A stretch of 64,000 nt of DNA. Origin: an uncultured Terriglobus sp. (GTDB taxonomy: Bacteria > Acidobacteriota > Terriglobia > Terriglobales > Acidobacteriaceae). Shown here in pieces: positions 36,726 to 47,247 of the stretch. Numbering within the stretch: position 1 is the first letter of the stretch; every line of letters begins with the position of its first letter. The DNA is taken from positions 27,514 through 91,513 of the forward strand of contig CAXUHM010000010.1 of the NCBI GenBank assembly GCA_964250935.1. Reading direction: 5' to 3'. The position numbers and the translations under genes are program-made. Below the pieces are notes generated by a model, which did not search any database, was not told the origin of the DNA, and saw only the letters and a program-made list of their open reading frames with translations.

Positions 36726-37184
36726 CTATCGCGTGCTGGCAGGCAGCCTGACCGCGGTTGCCGCAGCCCTTGCTTTCACCTGCGCCGGTGTTGCGGGTGC
36801 ATACTTGCTGGCGCACTTTGCCTGCAGCTGATTCGCCTGAAAAACGTTGTCGCGACCGAGGTGACCCATCGCAAGCGCCTGCGCTTCGTCCTTGAAGGTG
36901 TCAGGTGGTGGCTCGGTCCCGTTGTACTGAACCGGAAGCTCCCTGCCCAGTTCGAGGAGGACGAAACTGGCGTGAGTGCCCATGCGGTGAATGGATCTGG
37001 GCTTCACGTTGCCCGCAACGCGCAGGTTTCGGCTGTACGCCTTTTGCCCCATGCCCTGCATCTCTCCAATGGTCACGTAGTAGCTTTTCGAGTCCCTCGC
37101 GCCGCTCACCGCAAGGTACAGGACCGTCGCCAGAATCACGACGGTTGCAACGGTAATTTTCAGCGCAGAACCTTTGTTTTGCAT
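36726..37184 (-). CDS. ccmE: cytochrome c maturation heme chaperone CcmE, Cys variant (CxxxY)
   Basis: 152 aa starting at ATG 37184, with an N-terminal TM anchor. It shows RNLRVAGNV and an OB-fold-like body. LQAKCASKYAP aligns to E. coli VLAKHDENYTP. Cys124 is the TGC codon at 36813-36815. Confidence 0.85.
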   Translation of the reverse strand: MQNKGSALKITVATVVILATVLYLAVSGARDSKSYYVTIGEMQGMGQKAYSRNLRVAGNVKPRSIHRMGTHASFVLLELGRELPVQYNGTEPPPDTFKDEAQALAMGHLGRDNVFQANQLQAKCASKYAPATPAQVKARAAATAVRLPASTR

Positions 37185-37284
37185 ACAGGTACAGGGTACC
37201 AGCAGCACAATCTGGCCGCCATCGTTCCAACGATGGACAGGTGCATGGCGGCGTATACTTTGCCTCAACGCGTTTGTTTTCTGA

Positions 37285-38850
<1,566 letters not shown>

Positions 38851-38863
38851 AACGCAAGGAGCG

Positions 38864-38888
38864 ACGCCGCGCCATCAGGGCGCGGCGT
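38864..38888. terminator. 10-bp GC hairpin between convergent thiC and mscL (possible bidirectional terminator)
   Basis: ACGCCGCGCC, loop ATCAG, GGCGCGGCGT. There is no clear U-tract on either side. Confidence 0.5.
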
Positions 38889-38933
38889 TCAGGTACATGT
38901 ACCGACCAGGCCGGGGAATCGATGCGGCACTGC

Positions 38934-39395
38934 TCACGGCAGCATCGGTACCGGTTCCGTGCAGAACTGGCATCGTGTCGCGGCCAGCGGAATGTCGCCA
39001 AGACATTGCGGGCAGGGCCTGGTGGAGGCAGGAGCGGTCGGTTTGAACCGCGCCAGCAGATACTTCATGGGCACCACGATCATGAAATAGATCGCCGCTG
39101 CATTCAGTAGAAAATTGATCAGCGCATTGAAGAAGATGCCAATGTGCAACTCGCCCGGGGCAACATAGCCCGCAGGCAACGGCGACGGCGGTGCGACTTT
39201 GTGCAGGACGGGCACGTGGACGACCAGCCTGGAAAAGTCCGGGCCACCCACGAGCGCCGAGATCAACGGCGTAATGACGTCGGCAGTCAGGGACGAGGTG
39301 ATTGCCCCAAACGCCGCACCGATGATGACGGCAACTGCCAGATCGACTACATTGCCGCGCAGAATAAATTCCCTGAAACCCTTGAGCATGAACAC
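38934..39395 (-). CDS. mscL: large-conductance mechanosensitive channel MscL with C-terminal Cys4 extension
   Basis: It shows [41 protein letters not shown]. The C-terminus is CPQC-x10-CQFC. Confidence 0.9.
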   Translation of the reverse strand: MFMLKGFREFILRGNVVDLAVAVIIGAAFGAITSSLTADVITPLISALVGGPDFSRLVVHVPVLHKVAPPSPLPAGYVAPGELHIGIFFNALINFLLNAAAIYFMIVVPMKYLLARFKPTAPASTRPCPQCLGDIPLAATRCQFCTEPVPMLP

Positions 39396-39443
39396 CTTCC
39401 CCGATAACTGTTCGCCAGAGTATCAGTCGCGGGGCAGAGAGGG

Positions 39444-39797
39444 TCAAAGCCAGAGAGGATAGACAAGGAAAAAGAGGATCATGCACACCGCCATCAGGTC
39501 CATGTACACGCAGAGCAGCACGCCTCCGTGATACCAGTTCCACCGCGGCTGCATGCATCGCAGGGTATCCACAGTACCCGACCCGGCAACGGCAAGCGGT
39601 ACCAACAGCCAGAGGGTGAAGTGATTGTGGGGGAACTGTGCAAGCCGAAACGAACCCCACGTACTTACCAGAACCAGCACCGTTCCGCGCACGAGCGACT
39701 TTTGCCGTGGACGGAAAACATCCGCAAACTCGGACGCGGTACTGCGTTTGACCGGTCGTGGCCGGTACTCCAACGGCCGATTAGGCGAGTACGGCAT
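39444..39797 (-). CDS. hypothetical membrane protein
   Basis: About three hydrophobic segments ([44 protein letters not shown]). The start is uncertain. ATG 39797 overlaps the mtnA 3' end by 17 nt. Confidence 0.5.
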   Translation of the reverse strand: MPYSPNRPLEYRPRPVKRSTASEFADVFRPRQKSLVRGTVLVLVSTWGSFRLAQFPHNHFTLWLLVPLAVAGSGTVDTLRCMQPRWNWYHGGVLLCVYMDLMAVCMILFFLVYPLWL

Positions 39798-40893
39798 CCG
39801 CCTGGCCAACCATGCCTGCAGGTAGTGGACCAACAGCGTCCATGCTGGCAATGGCTTCGCGGAAAGGCGCGCGCAGCAGCCCACGTTCGGTGATGATGGC
39901 CGTGACATACTTTGCCGGCGTCACGTCAAAGGCTGGGTTCTCAATGCCGACACCATCCGGCGTCATCTGCCTGCCGTTGCTGTGCGTCACCTCACGCGGG
40001 TCACGCTGCTCGATCGGGATCTCTTCGCCGGTGGGTGTCTGCACATCGACCGTCGACCAGGGTGCCGCCACATAAAACGGAATGCCATGCTCCTTCGCGA
40101 GTACCGCAACGGAGTACGTGCCGATCTTGTTGGCAACGTCGCCGTTGGCTGCAATGCGGTCCGCGCCAACAATTACGGCCTGGATGCGACCCTGACGCAT
40201 CAGCGACCCGCTCATGTTGTCGCACAGCACCGAGGTCTGGATGCCGTCTTTCATCAACTCCCAGGCGGTGAGGCGCGCACCCTGCAAAAAGGGCCGGGTC
40301 TCGTCTGCAAGAACGTCGATGTCGAAACCACGTTCCACCGCCGCACGGATGACGCCCAGGGCTGAGCCGTAGCCGCAGGTCGCCAGTGCACCCGCATTGC
40401 AGTGGGTCAGCACGGTACCTTTCCTGGGTAACAGGTCCGCGCCAAACTGCCCCATCGTCTTGCAGGCAGCAATGTCTTCGTCGTACATCGCCTTCGCTTC
40501 CAGAACGATGGCCGCCCTGATGCTGGCAAGCTTCTCCGCTTCGGCACGTCCCTGTGGTTGCGCGTTGACCAGCGTGCGATACAGCGAACGGATGCGATCG
40601 ATACCCCAGAACAGATTGACAGCCGTGGGCCGCGTGCGCGCCAGCACGTCCGCCATGACGTCCACCTCCCGGGTCAGTGCGGCAACCGTGGTCGCGGTCG
40701 AACGATCAATGCCGAGCGCCATGCCCATGCCGGCCGATACGCCGATTGCAGGTGCGCCACGCACGATCATGTCGCGAATGACGGTGGCAACTTCACCGTA
40801 GCTGGTCGTGTTCACGTACACCTCTTCCAGAGGCAGTTTCGTCTGGTCGAGGAAGCGGACGCCGTTGTCGGTCCATTCAAGCGTAGGAATCAT
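39781..40893 (-). CDS. mtnA: S-methyl-5-thioribose-1-phosphate isomerase
   Basis: It shows [38 protein letters not shown] and [19 protein letters not shown]. Confidence 0.9.
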   Translation of the reverse strand: MIPTLEWTDNGVRFLDQTKLPLEEVYVNTTSYGEVATVIRDMIVRGAPAIGVSAGMGMALGIDRSTATTVAALTREVDVMADVLARTRPTAVNLFWGIDRIRSLYRTLVNAQPQGRAEAEKLASIRAAIVLEAKAMYDEDIAACKTMGQFGADLLPRKGTVLTHCNAGALATCGYGSALGVIRAAVERGFDIDVLADETRPFLQGARLTAWELMKDGIQTSVLCDNMSGSLMRQGRIQAVIVGADRIAANGDVANKIGTYSVAVLAKEHGIPFYVAAPWSTVDVQTPTGEEIPIEQRDPREVTHSNGRQMTPDGVGIENPAFDVTPAKYVTAIITERGLLRAPFREAIASMDAVGPLPAGMVGQADAVLA

Positions 40894-40929
40894 CGTGTTC
40901 CAGTTTACCCGGACAGGCTGCGCGCGGAA

Positions 40930-41889
40930 TCAGTGGGCGGGCTCGATCCCGTACTTCTGCAGGAGAAATGCTTCAAGTGTGCGCGGTACGCACGCTGCGA
41001 TCTCCTGCCACGTCATGACATGAAGGCGACTGCGCAAACTGACGTCGCTGACCGCATTGAAGACCAGAAAAGCATCCTCCAGCAAATCGCTTCGGCGCGC
41101 ATCGAGCAGAACCGCGAAGCGGGCGTCCAGGTACCGCGCCGCGAGTACCGACCGCAGCAGCTGGTAGGACCGGAAGTGGCCCTGGGTCCGCGGCAGCAGA
41201 TCGACCGCGAAGGTCTGGGGGAACAATCCATAGCGCGCCATCAACTCCGGACGCGCGACCTGAAAGTCCACCTCGCTCAACTTGGCCTCGACCAGCAGGA
41301 CGCCGGTCTGGCTGGTGAGGCGCAGATCGACCTCTGTACGGTCGTTATGGCCGTTGCGGAGTGGAACACGCGCGCGCACGCCGAACTCGGGGACGGCAGA
41401 TGCACCGATGCCGAGCAGCGCGTGCAGCCGCTTTGACCGCATGGTTGCTGGATGGCAGAACACATTCATCAGCAGGGCGTCCGAGCTGTTTGCGCAGTCG
41501 AGTTCCTGCCGCCTGCGACTTGCTCCATAGGCCATGCGATGGGAGGCGGTGTACGTCTTTCGCAAGCGATGGCTCCACTCCGGATGCGCGAGGATGCGCC
41601 GGTACGAAGCCGGGAAGAAGTTGCCGTGGGTACCGTCCTCCTGCTCCCGATAGACCACCGCAGGCGTGGACCCGTAGGTGACCTCGTGCGCGAAGGTGGC
41701 GGCACGCTGCACATTGCGGGCGCTGAGCTCGCGGCGTAATGCCTGGCTTGTGCGTCGAGCAACGCCTCCCGTACCGGTGGCGACATGTGGGACCACTTCG
41801 TGGGATGACTGATCGACAAAGTCCGCCTCCGGCACATGCACCACGTCCTGCTCATACTCAACGGTGCGCTCGGGCATGCGTTCCATCAT
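40930..41889 (-). CDS. PD-(D/E)xK restriction-endonuclease-like protein (resembles the family annotated as PGN_0703 putative restriction endonuclease)
   Basis: 319 aa. It shows HGNFFPASYRRILAHPEWSHRLRK, ELDCANSSDALLMNVF, and then TEVDLRL...LLVEAKLSE, which gives a D...ExK arrangement. The family assignment is from memory and was not searched. Confidence 0.6.
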   Translation of the reverse strand: MMERMPERTVEYEQDVVHVPEADFVDQSSHEVVPHVATGTGGVARRTSQALRRELSARNVQRAATFAHEVTYGSTPAVVYREQEDGTHGNFFPASYRRILAHPEWSHRLRKTYTASHRMAYGASRRRQELDCANSSDALLMNVFCHPATMRSKRLHALLGIGASAVPEFGVRARVPLRNGHNDRTEVDLRLTSQTGVLLVEAKLSEVDFQVARPELMARYGLFPQTFAVDLLPRTQGHFRSYQLLRSVLAARYLDARFAVLLDARRSDLLEDAFLVFNAVSDVSLRSRLHVMTWQEIAACVPRTLEAFLLQKYGIEPAH

Positions 41890-41924
41890 AGGCGATGAGA
41901 TGGCGAATATGAGACGATGAAGTC

Positions 41925-42128
41925 GTGCGAACGCTCGACAAGAACAACCTCGGTCCTGACGAGGACTGGTACGGCAACAATGCTGCGGTTCGTTGCTTTG
42001 GCTGCAGCAAGGTGTTTCTTACCTCACAGGTGCTGCACCGCAAGGGTCGCGCGTGTCCCCGGTGCGGCCAGTGCAAAGTGTTGTTTACCAAGGCAGCGGT
42101 TACGGTGTCTGAAGCGGGTGATGCTTAG
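41925..42128 (+). CDS. possible small zinc-ribbon protein
   Basis: 67 aa from a GTG start: ...RCFGCSKVF...RACPRCGQC (CxxC-x20-CxxC). Codon third positions are GC-biased as in the neighbouring genes. The Shine-Dalgarno is weak and I know no homolog. Confidence 0.4.
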   Translation: MRTLDKNNLGPDEDWYGNNAAVRCFGCSKVFLTSQVLHRKGRACPRCGQCKVLFTKAAVTVSEAGDA

Positions 42129-42141
42129 GCCGTAACCCCGG

Positions 42142-42741
42142 TCAGGCCTGCTCGCGCAGCTTTTGCGCGCGCACGTCGTCTGCAGTAAAGAGCGCGGCGA
42201 ACGGGGCGCCCTGTGCCGCCGCTTCAATGTTTGCGCGGCCACCCTGCTGGCGGTCGACCAGGCACAGGACGGCAGCTACCTGCATGCCCGCCGTGCGTAC
42301 AGCATCCATCGCTGTAATGGTTGAGCCGCCGGTCGTGCACACGTCGTCGACGACCACCACCTGCACACCTTTGCGCACGTATCCCTCAATCTGGCGCCCC
42401 GTGCCGTGAGCCTTCAGGGCCTTGCGCACGAGAAATCCATGCACGAGCGAGGCCTCTGGATGCTGCAGTTTGTAGTAGGCAGACGCAGTTGCGATGTTGG
42501 ACACCAGCGGATCAGCACCCATGGTAAGGCCGCCCACGGCAACCGCCTGCGATGCATACTCGCGGATCATGCCGGCCAGCAGAGTGCCGCAGAGACGACC
42601 GCCTTCAGCATGCAGCGTGGTGGTACGACAGTCGATGTAGTAGTCGCTCTTTGCACCACTTGCAAGGGTGAAATCACCCAGCCGAAACGACAAGCGAGCA
42701 AGCAGGGAGAGCAGGGCAGTGCGGTCGTGAGCGACGGACAT
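42142..42741 (-). CDS. pyrE: orotate phosphoribosyltransferase
   Basis: It shows FTLASGAKSDYYIDCR and the PRPP loop VVVVDDVCTTGGST. Confidence 0.9.
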   Translation of the reverse strand: MSVAHDRTALLSLLARLSFRLGDFTLASGAKSDYYIDCRTTTLHAEGGRLCGTLLAGMIREYASQAVAVGGLTMGADPLVSNIATASAYYKLQHPEASLVHGFLVRKALKAHGTGRQIEGYVRKGVQVVVVDDVCTTGGSTITAMDAVRTAGMQVAAVLCLVDRQQGGRANIEAAAQGAPFAALFTADDVRAQKLREQA

Positions 42742-42776
42742 ACGTCTAGTCTGCCACGCGACATGCGCGTGCAGAG

Positions 42777-43745
42777 CTAGTGCCCGTGCAGCTTGTCAAG
42801 GTGACGAAAGCCGCCGGTTGCGGCAAACACGATGGCGAAGATGAAGCCGTTGTAAGCCATGTGCACTACAGAGGACGCCCACACCGAACGGAACCGCAGG
42901 CGGACCACGGTCAACACTCCACCAACGCAGGACAGCAGCGCCACCGCGTTCCATGCGAAGCCCAGCTGTGCCGCATGCATGGAGCCAAAAAGGACACTGG
43001 TCAGGATGCCGGAAAAGATAAGACTCGCTCGGCTGAGGGGAGCTGTCGATGCTGGCGCGTCGGTGTCTTCCGGTGGAGCTACGCGACGCAGCCGATCAAA
43101 GGCGATGGCACCGGCAGGCAGCAGAAACCCGCGAAACAACAACTCTTCCACGGGCGGCGCAACCAGCGTGCCGAAGAGCGCCACGCACCAGATGTCGGCA
43201 GGCGTGCGAAAAAATGCATCGAGGGGGATGTCTTTTGGCAAGGTGAGCAGCGACTCCGCTGCCTGCGCCACAATGCTGAGGCCGACGCCGAACAGGAGGA
43301 GCTTGCCGAGATTTGCACGTGCGACAGTGCCGTTCATCCGCAGGACGTCAGCGAACGGCCTGCCCCACATCCTGTGGAAGAGGGGAATGATCACGGCGAG
43401 CGCGAGTCCATAGCCCAGCGCTTCCCCCAGGATGGTTGCTTTCGGGATTTCGCTTGGCACAAGGTGATGGAGCGACGGCAATAGCTTTAGCTTTGCACCG
43501 ACGCCGAGGACGGTGAAGGTCGTGACCAGCATTGCCAGAAAGCCGATGACCAGGGCCAGAAGCGCATACCCAAGATGGGGTTGACGCTGGGTTGGAACGT
43601 CGCCCTCGGCCGGTGCGGGAGGCGCCGTGGCCAGATCGCGAAGCTGGAAGAGGGACGGCCGTCGCTCCGCGGGAATGTACCGCGCCGGGTCGAATGTCGT
43701 GTCGTCCTGTTCCGCATCGTCCTCAGATCTTCTGTTCTCGAGCAT
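42777..43745 (-). CDS. CPBP family intramembrane glutamic endopeptidase (CAAX protease-like)
   Basis: It shows PPVEELLFRGFLLP, FGSMHAAQ and SVVHMAYN, in a polytopic protein. Its ATG shares 1 nt with the uvrA stop. Confidence 0.85.
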   Translation of the reverse strand: MLENRRSEDDAEQDDTTFDPARYIPAERRPSLFQLRDLATAPPAPAEGDVPTQRQPHLGYALLALVIGFLAMLVTTFTVLGVGAKLKLLPSLHHLVPSEIPKATILGEALGYGLALAVIIPLFHRMWGRPFADVLRMNGTVARANLGKLLLFGVGLSIVAQAAESLLTLPKDIPLDAFFRTPADIWCVALFGTLVAPPVEELLFRGFLLPAGAIAFDRLRRVAPPEDTDAPASTAPLSRASLIFSGILTSVLFGSMHAAQLGFAWNAVALLSCVGGVLTVVRLRFRSVWASSVVHMAYNGFIFAIVFAATGGFRHLDKLHGH

Positions 43746-46700
43746 CAGGCGGCCTTCTTCCCGGGTCGCTTTGTCGATACGGCTTCGCCGCCCGCCTGGA
43801 CGGAGCGTGCCGGGACCACCCCCGGTGCACCTTCCGCCACTGCCGCACGCGCTTTCTTTTTGGCCTTGCTCTTTTCCGCAGCGACCTTTGCGGCAGCCTT
43901 GCGTTTTGCCGCGCGCTCTTCCGCGCTGGGTGCGAACTTGGTCGCGTTTGCCACCTCGGTAGTCACAACAACCGGAGCCTGATATGCCGGTGCTGGACCA
44001 CGTTCACTGCCTGGCCGCTCCGCGTAATGTTTGGCCAGGAACTTACCGGTGTGCGATGCGGCGATCCGCGCAATCTGCTCCGGCGTGCCTTCGCCCACGA
44101 CGGTTCCGCCGCCCTCGCCGCCTTCCGGTCCCATGTCCAGAACCCAATCGGCGTTGCGAATGACGTCGAGATTGTGTTCGATGATGACGATCGAGTTGCC
44201 GAGATCCGTCAGGCGCTGCAACACCTCAAGAAGCTTGCGCACATCGTCGAAGTGAAGACCGGTCGTCGGTTCGTCCAGCAGGTAAAGTGTCCGCCCTGTC
44301 TGGCGTTTGCTCAGCTCCTTTGCAAGCTTCATACGCTGTGCCTCACCGCCGCTCAGGGTGGTGGCGCTCTGTCCAAGATGGATGTACCCCAACCCAACAT
44401 CGACCAGCGTCTGCAACTTTACTTTCACGTTGGGAATGTCGGCCAGAATCGTCGATGCCTCCGAGATTTGCAGGTCCAGCACGTCGGCGATCGAGTAGCC
44501 GTTGAACTTGACCGTCAGCGTCTCCTGGTTGTAGCGCCGGCCGTTGCAGACATCGCACAAGACATAGACGTCGGGCAGAAAGTTCATTTCGATGCGGCGC
44601 TGACCATCGCCCTGGCAGGCCTCACATCGACCGCCCTGCACGTTGAAGCTGAAACGGCCGGCCTTGTAGCCACGCTCACGCGACTCTGGCAGCATGGCGA
44701 ACAGGTCCCGGATCGCACTGAAGACGCCGGTGTAGGTTGCGGGGTTGGAACGTGGGGTACGCCCGATGGGCGATTGGTCGATCTGGATGACTTTGTCGAG
44801 CTGCTCAATGCCACGCACCGCCCCATGCGCGCCTGGTTCTTCTCTCGACCGGTAGAGCTGCCTGGCCAGCGAGCGATACAGGATGTCATTGACCAGGGTC
44901 GACTTTCCCGAGCCGCTGACCCCGGTGACAACGGTAAGAACGCCCAGCGGAAAACTCGCCGTCACGTGCTGCAGGTTGTGGCTGCGCGCATCTTCCACCA
45001 CGAGCGTACGGCCACTCAGCGCGCGCGGTGCATCGTTTGACCTGATATCGATGGCGCCCGACATGTACTGGCCGGTCAGCGAGCCCGGCGTCGCCGCAAT
45101 CTCATCGGGTGTTCCCGCCGCAATCAGTTCGCCGCCATTTTTGCCGGCACCCGGGCCCAGGTCCAGGACGTAGTCGGCCTTGCGAATGGTATCTTCATCG
45201 TGCTCCACCACCAGCACGGTATTGCCGAGATCGCGCAGATTTTCCATGGCTGCAATCAGCTTCATGTTGTCGCGCTGGTGCAAGCCGATTGAGGGCTCGT
45301 CCAGCACGTACAGCACGCCACGCAGGCGGGAACCGATCTGGGTGGCAAGGCGGATGCGCTGGCCTTCGCCCCCGCTGAGTGTTGCCGCGCTCCGGTTGAG
45401 CGAAAGGTAACTCAGGCCGACGGCATTCAAAAATTCGAGCCGCTCCATCACCTCGCGTTGCAGGCGGTCCGCGATCAGCTTGTCCCGACCCACAAAGCTG
45501 AAGTTGCGTGCCTGGTCGAGCGCGCGATGCAAGGAAAGGGAGGTGAAATCGGAGATGGATTTCCCCGCCACCTTGACTGCCAGCGACTCCGGACGCAGAC
45601 GCTTGCCGTTGCACGCCGGGCATTCGGTCGCACTCATGTACTGCATGTAGTGCTCCCGGAAGGTCTCACTTTTGGACTCTTCCATGCTGTCCCGCAGGTA
45701 TCGAAAGATGCCGTGAAATCCCGTCTTGCTCGATTCACCTTTGGGCGGACCGTACAGCAGCAGCTTCTGATGCTCCTCCGACAGCGCCTCAAAGGGACGC
45801 TTCAGGTCGATCCTGTACCGCTCCGCCGCCAGCTTGATCAGCCTTAACAGGTATGCGCTGGCGGACCCCGGTCCCATGCCGCCGTCCAGGAGTGGCTTTG
45901 ACCAGTCCGCGATCGTCTTTGCCGGATCGAAATCGTAGATGCTGCCAAGGCCGTTGCACTCCGTGCACGCGCCGTAGGTTGAGTTGAACGAGAAGGAGCG
46001 CGGCTCCAGCTTGGGAACGTTGATGCCGCAGTCGGGGCACGCCATCGACGAACTGTACAGGGTCTCTTCCATGCCGTGGATGGCGATCACGACGAGACCT
46101 TTCGCCATCGCAAGCGCCTTTTGCACGCTCGCCTCCAGCCGGCGGGTATCCAGCTTGCCGTCCGTGCCCTGCTTCAGCAGGATGCGGTCGACCACTGCCT
46201 CCACGGTGTGGTTTTTGCGCTTTTCCAGCCGCATCCCCTCGGTGATCTCGATCATCTCGCCGTCCACACGTGCACGAAACCCCTGCTGGTCCAGGGCCTC
46301 CAGCTCCTCGCGAAACTCTCCCTTACGCCCGCGCACCAGCGGCGCCAGCACGGTGATGCGCTCACCCGGCGACAGGGCAACCACGCGCTCCACAATCTGA
46401 TCGGCGCTCTGTCGCGAAATTTCGTGCCCACACTGGGGGCAATGCGGGCGGCCGACGCTGGCCCAAAGCAGGCGCAGGTAATCGTAGATCTCCGTGATGG
46501 TGCCCACGGTCGATCGGGGCGACCGTGATGTCGTCTTCTGCTCGATGGAGATGGCCGGCGAAAGGCCGTCAATCGCGTCCACATCGGGCCGCTCCATCTG
46601 GTCCAGAAACTGCCGTGCGTACGCCGACAGGGTCTCCACGTAGCGTCGCTGCCCCTCGGCGTAGATGGTGTCGAAGGCAAGGGAACTTTTGCCCGAACCG

Positions 46701-46804
46701 GACAGGCCAGTCACCACGGTGAGTGAGTTGCGCGGAATGCTGACGTCGATGTTTTTCAGATTGTGGTGGCGCGCACCGCGCACTGTGATGTGGGTCACAC
46801 TCAT
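43745..46804 (-). CDS. uvrA: excinuclease ABC subunit UvrA with Lys/Ala-rich C-terminal extension
   Basis: It shows [50 protein letters not shown], zinc modules ([21 protein letters not shown]...CDVCNG) and LSGGEAQR twice. About 90 residues follow GKFLAKHY. Confidence 0.97.
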   Translation of the reverse strand: MSVTHITVRGARHHNLKNIDVSIPRNSLTVVTGLSGSGKSSLAFDTIYAEGQRRYVETLSAYARQFLDQMERPDVDAIDGLSPAISIEQKTTSRSPRSTVGTITEIYDYLRLLWASVGRPHCPQCGHEISRQSADQIVERVVALSPGERITVLAPLVRGRKGEFREELEALDQQGFRARVDGEMIEITEGMRLEKRKNHTVEAVVDRILLKQGTDGKLDTRRLEASVQKALAMAKGLVVIAIHGMEETLYSSSMACPDCGINVPKLEPRSFSFNSTYGACTECNGLGSIYDFDPAKTIADWSKPLLDGGMGPGSASAYLLRLIKLAAERYRIDLKRPFEALSEEHQKLLLYGPPKGESSKTGFHGIFRYLRDSMEESKSETFREHYMQYMSATECPACNGKRLRPESLAVKVAGKSISDFTSLSLHRALDQARNFSFVGRDKLIADRLQREVMERLEFLNAVGLSYLSLNRSAATLSGGEGQRIRLATQIGSRLRGVLYVLDEPSIGLHQRDNMKLIAAMENLRDLGNTVLVVEHDEDTIRKADYVLDLGPGAGKNGGELIAAGTPDEIAATPGSLTGQYMSGAIDIRSNDAPRALSGRTLVVEDARSHNLQHVTASFPLGVLTVVTGVSGSGKSTLVNDILYRSLARQLYRSREEPGAHGAVRGIEQLDKVIQIDQSPIGRTPRSNPATYTGVFSAIRDLFAMLPESRERGYKAGRFSFNVQGGRCEACQGDGQRRIEMNFLPDVYVLCDVCNGRRYNQETLTVKFNGYSIADVLDLQISEASTILADIPNVKVKLQTLVDVGLGYIHLGQSATTLSGGEAQRMKLAKELSKRQTGRTLYLLDEPTTGLHFDDVRKLLEVLQRLTDLGNSIVIIEHNLDVIRNADWVLDMGPEGGEGGGTVVGEGTPEQIARIAASHTGKFLAKHYAERPGSERGPAPAYQAPVVVTTEVANATKFAPSAEERAAKRKAAAKVAAEKSKAKKKARAAVAEGAPGVVPARSVQAGGEAVSTKRPGKKAA

Positions 46805-47044
46805 GGCTTGCCGCGGCCCTCGACAGCCGCATTATCCAGCATACGGCATCCTGCAGACACCGCGGAACTGGCACCGGCGACGGGCGATTCGCCGGCCCGG
46901 CAGGCCCGTGTACCCAGCTAAGCACTCCCGTGTTGTCGGCTGCGAGGGCACACTCAAAGCGTCGGATAATGATGAGGAACGGCAGAGACGCAGCACCGCT
47001 CACCGGTGCGGCATCTCTGGTTCAATGGACCCAGGAGCAGTCAC

Positions 47045-47227
47045 GTGACGACCGTCGTTTTAATGTGTGCCGTATGCGCCGCGCTTGCCGGCGGAGTGTT
47101 AGCGGCCTATGCCTTGTGTTTCAGCATGTTTCAGGTCTTCCGCATCCACAGCATGCAGGTTGCCCAGCAGCGCGCAGACCGCGATGCTGCAAAGGCACTG
47201 AGCCGGGCGAAACTCATCGCAGGCTGA
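47045..47227 (+). CDS. possible small single-TM protein
   Basis: GTG 47045 lies 5 nt downstream of GGAGCAG. It reads VTTVVLMCAVCAALAGGVLAAYALCF, then a charged tail. There is no other support. Confidence 0.3.
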   Translation: MTTVVLMCAVCAALAGGVLAAYALCFSMFQVFRIHSMQVAQQRADRDAAKALSRAKLIAG

Positions 47228-47247
47228 ACCGGTATCGCCAGCTGAAA

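Noticed and set aside
46805-47044. SOS (LexA) box upstream of uvrA
   Set aside because: I looked for GTTC-N7-GTTC, the direct repeat I recall for Acidobacteria and Alphaproteobacteria, and for CTGT-N8-ACAG. Neither is present on either strand by eye.
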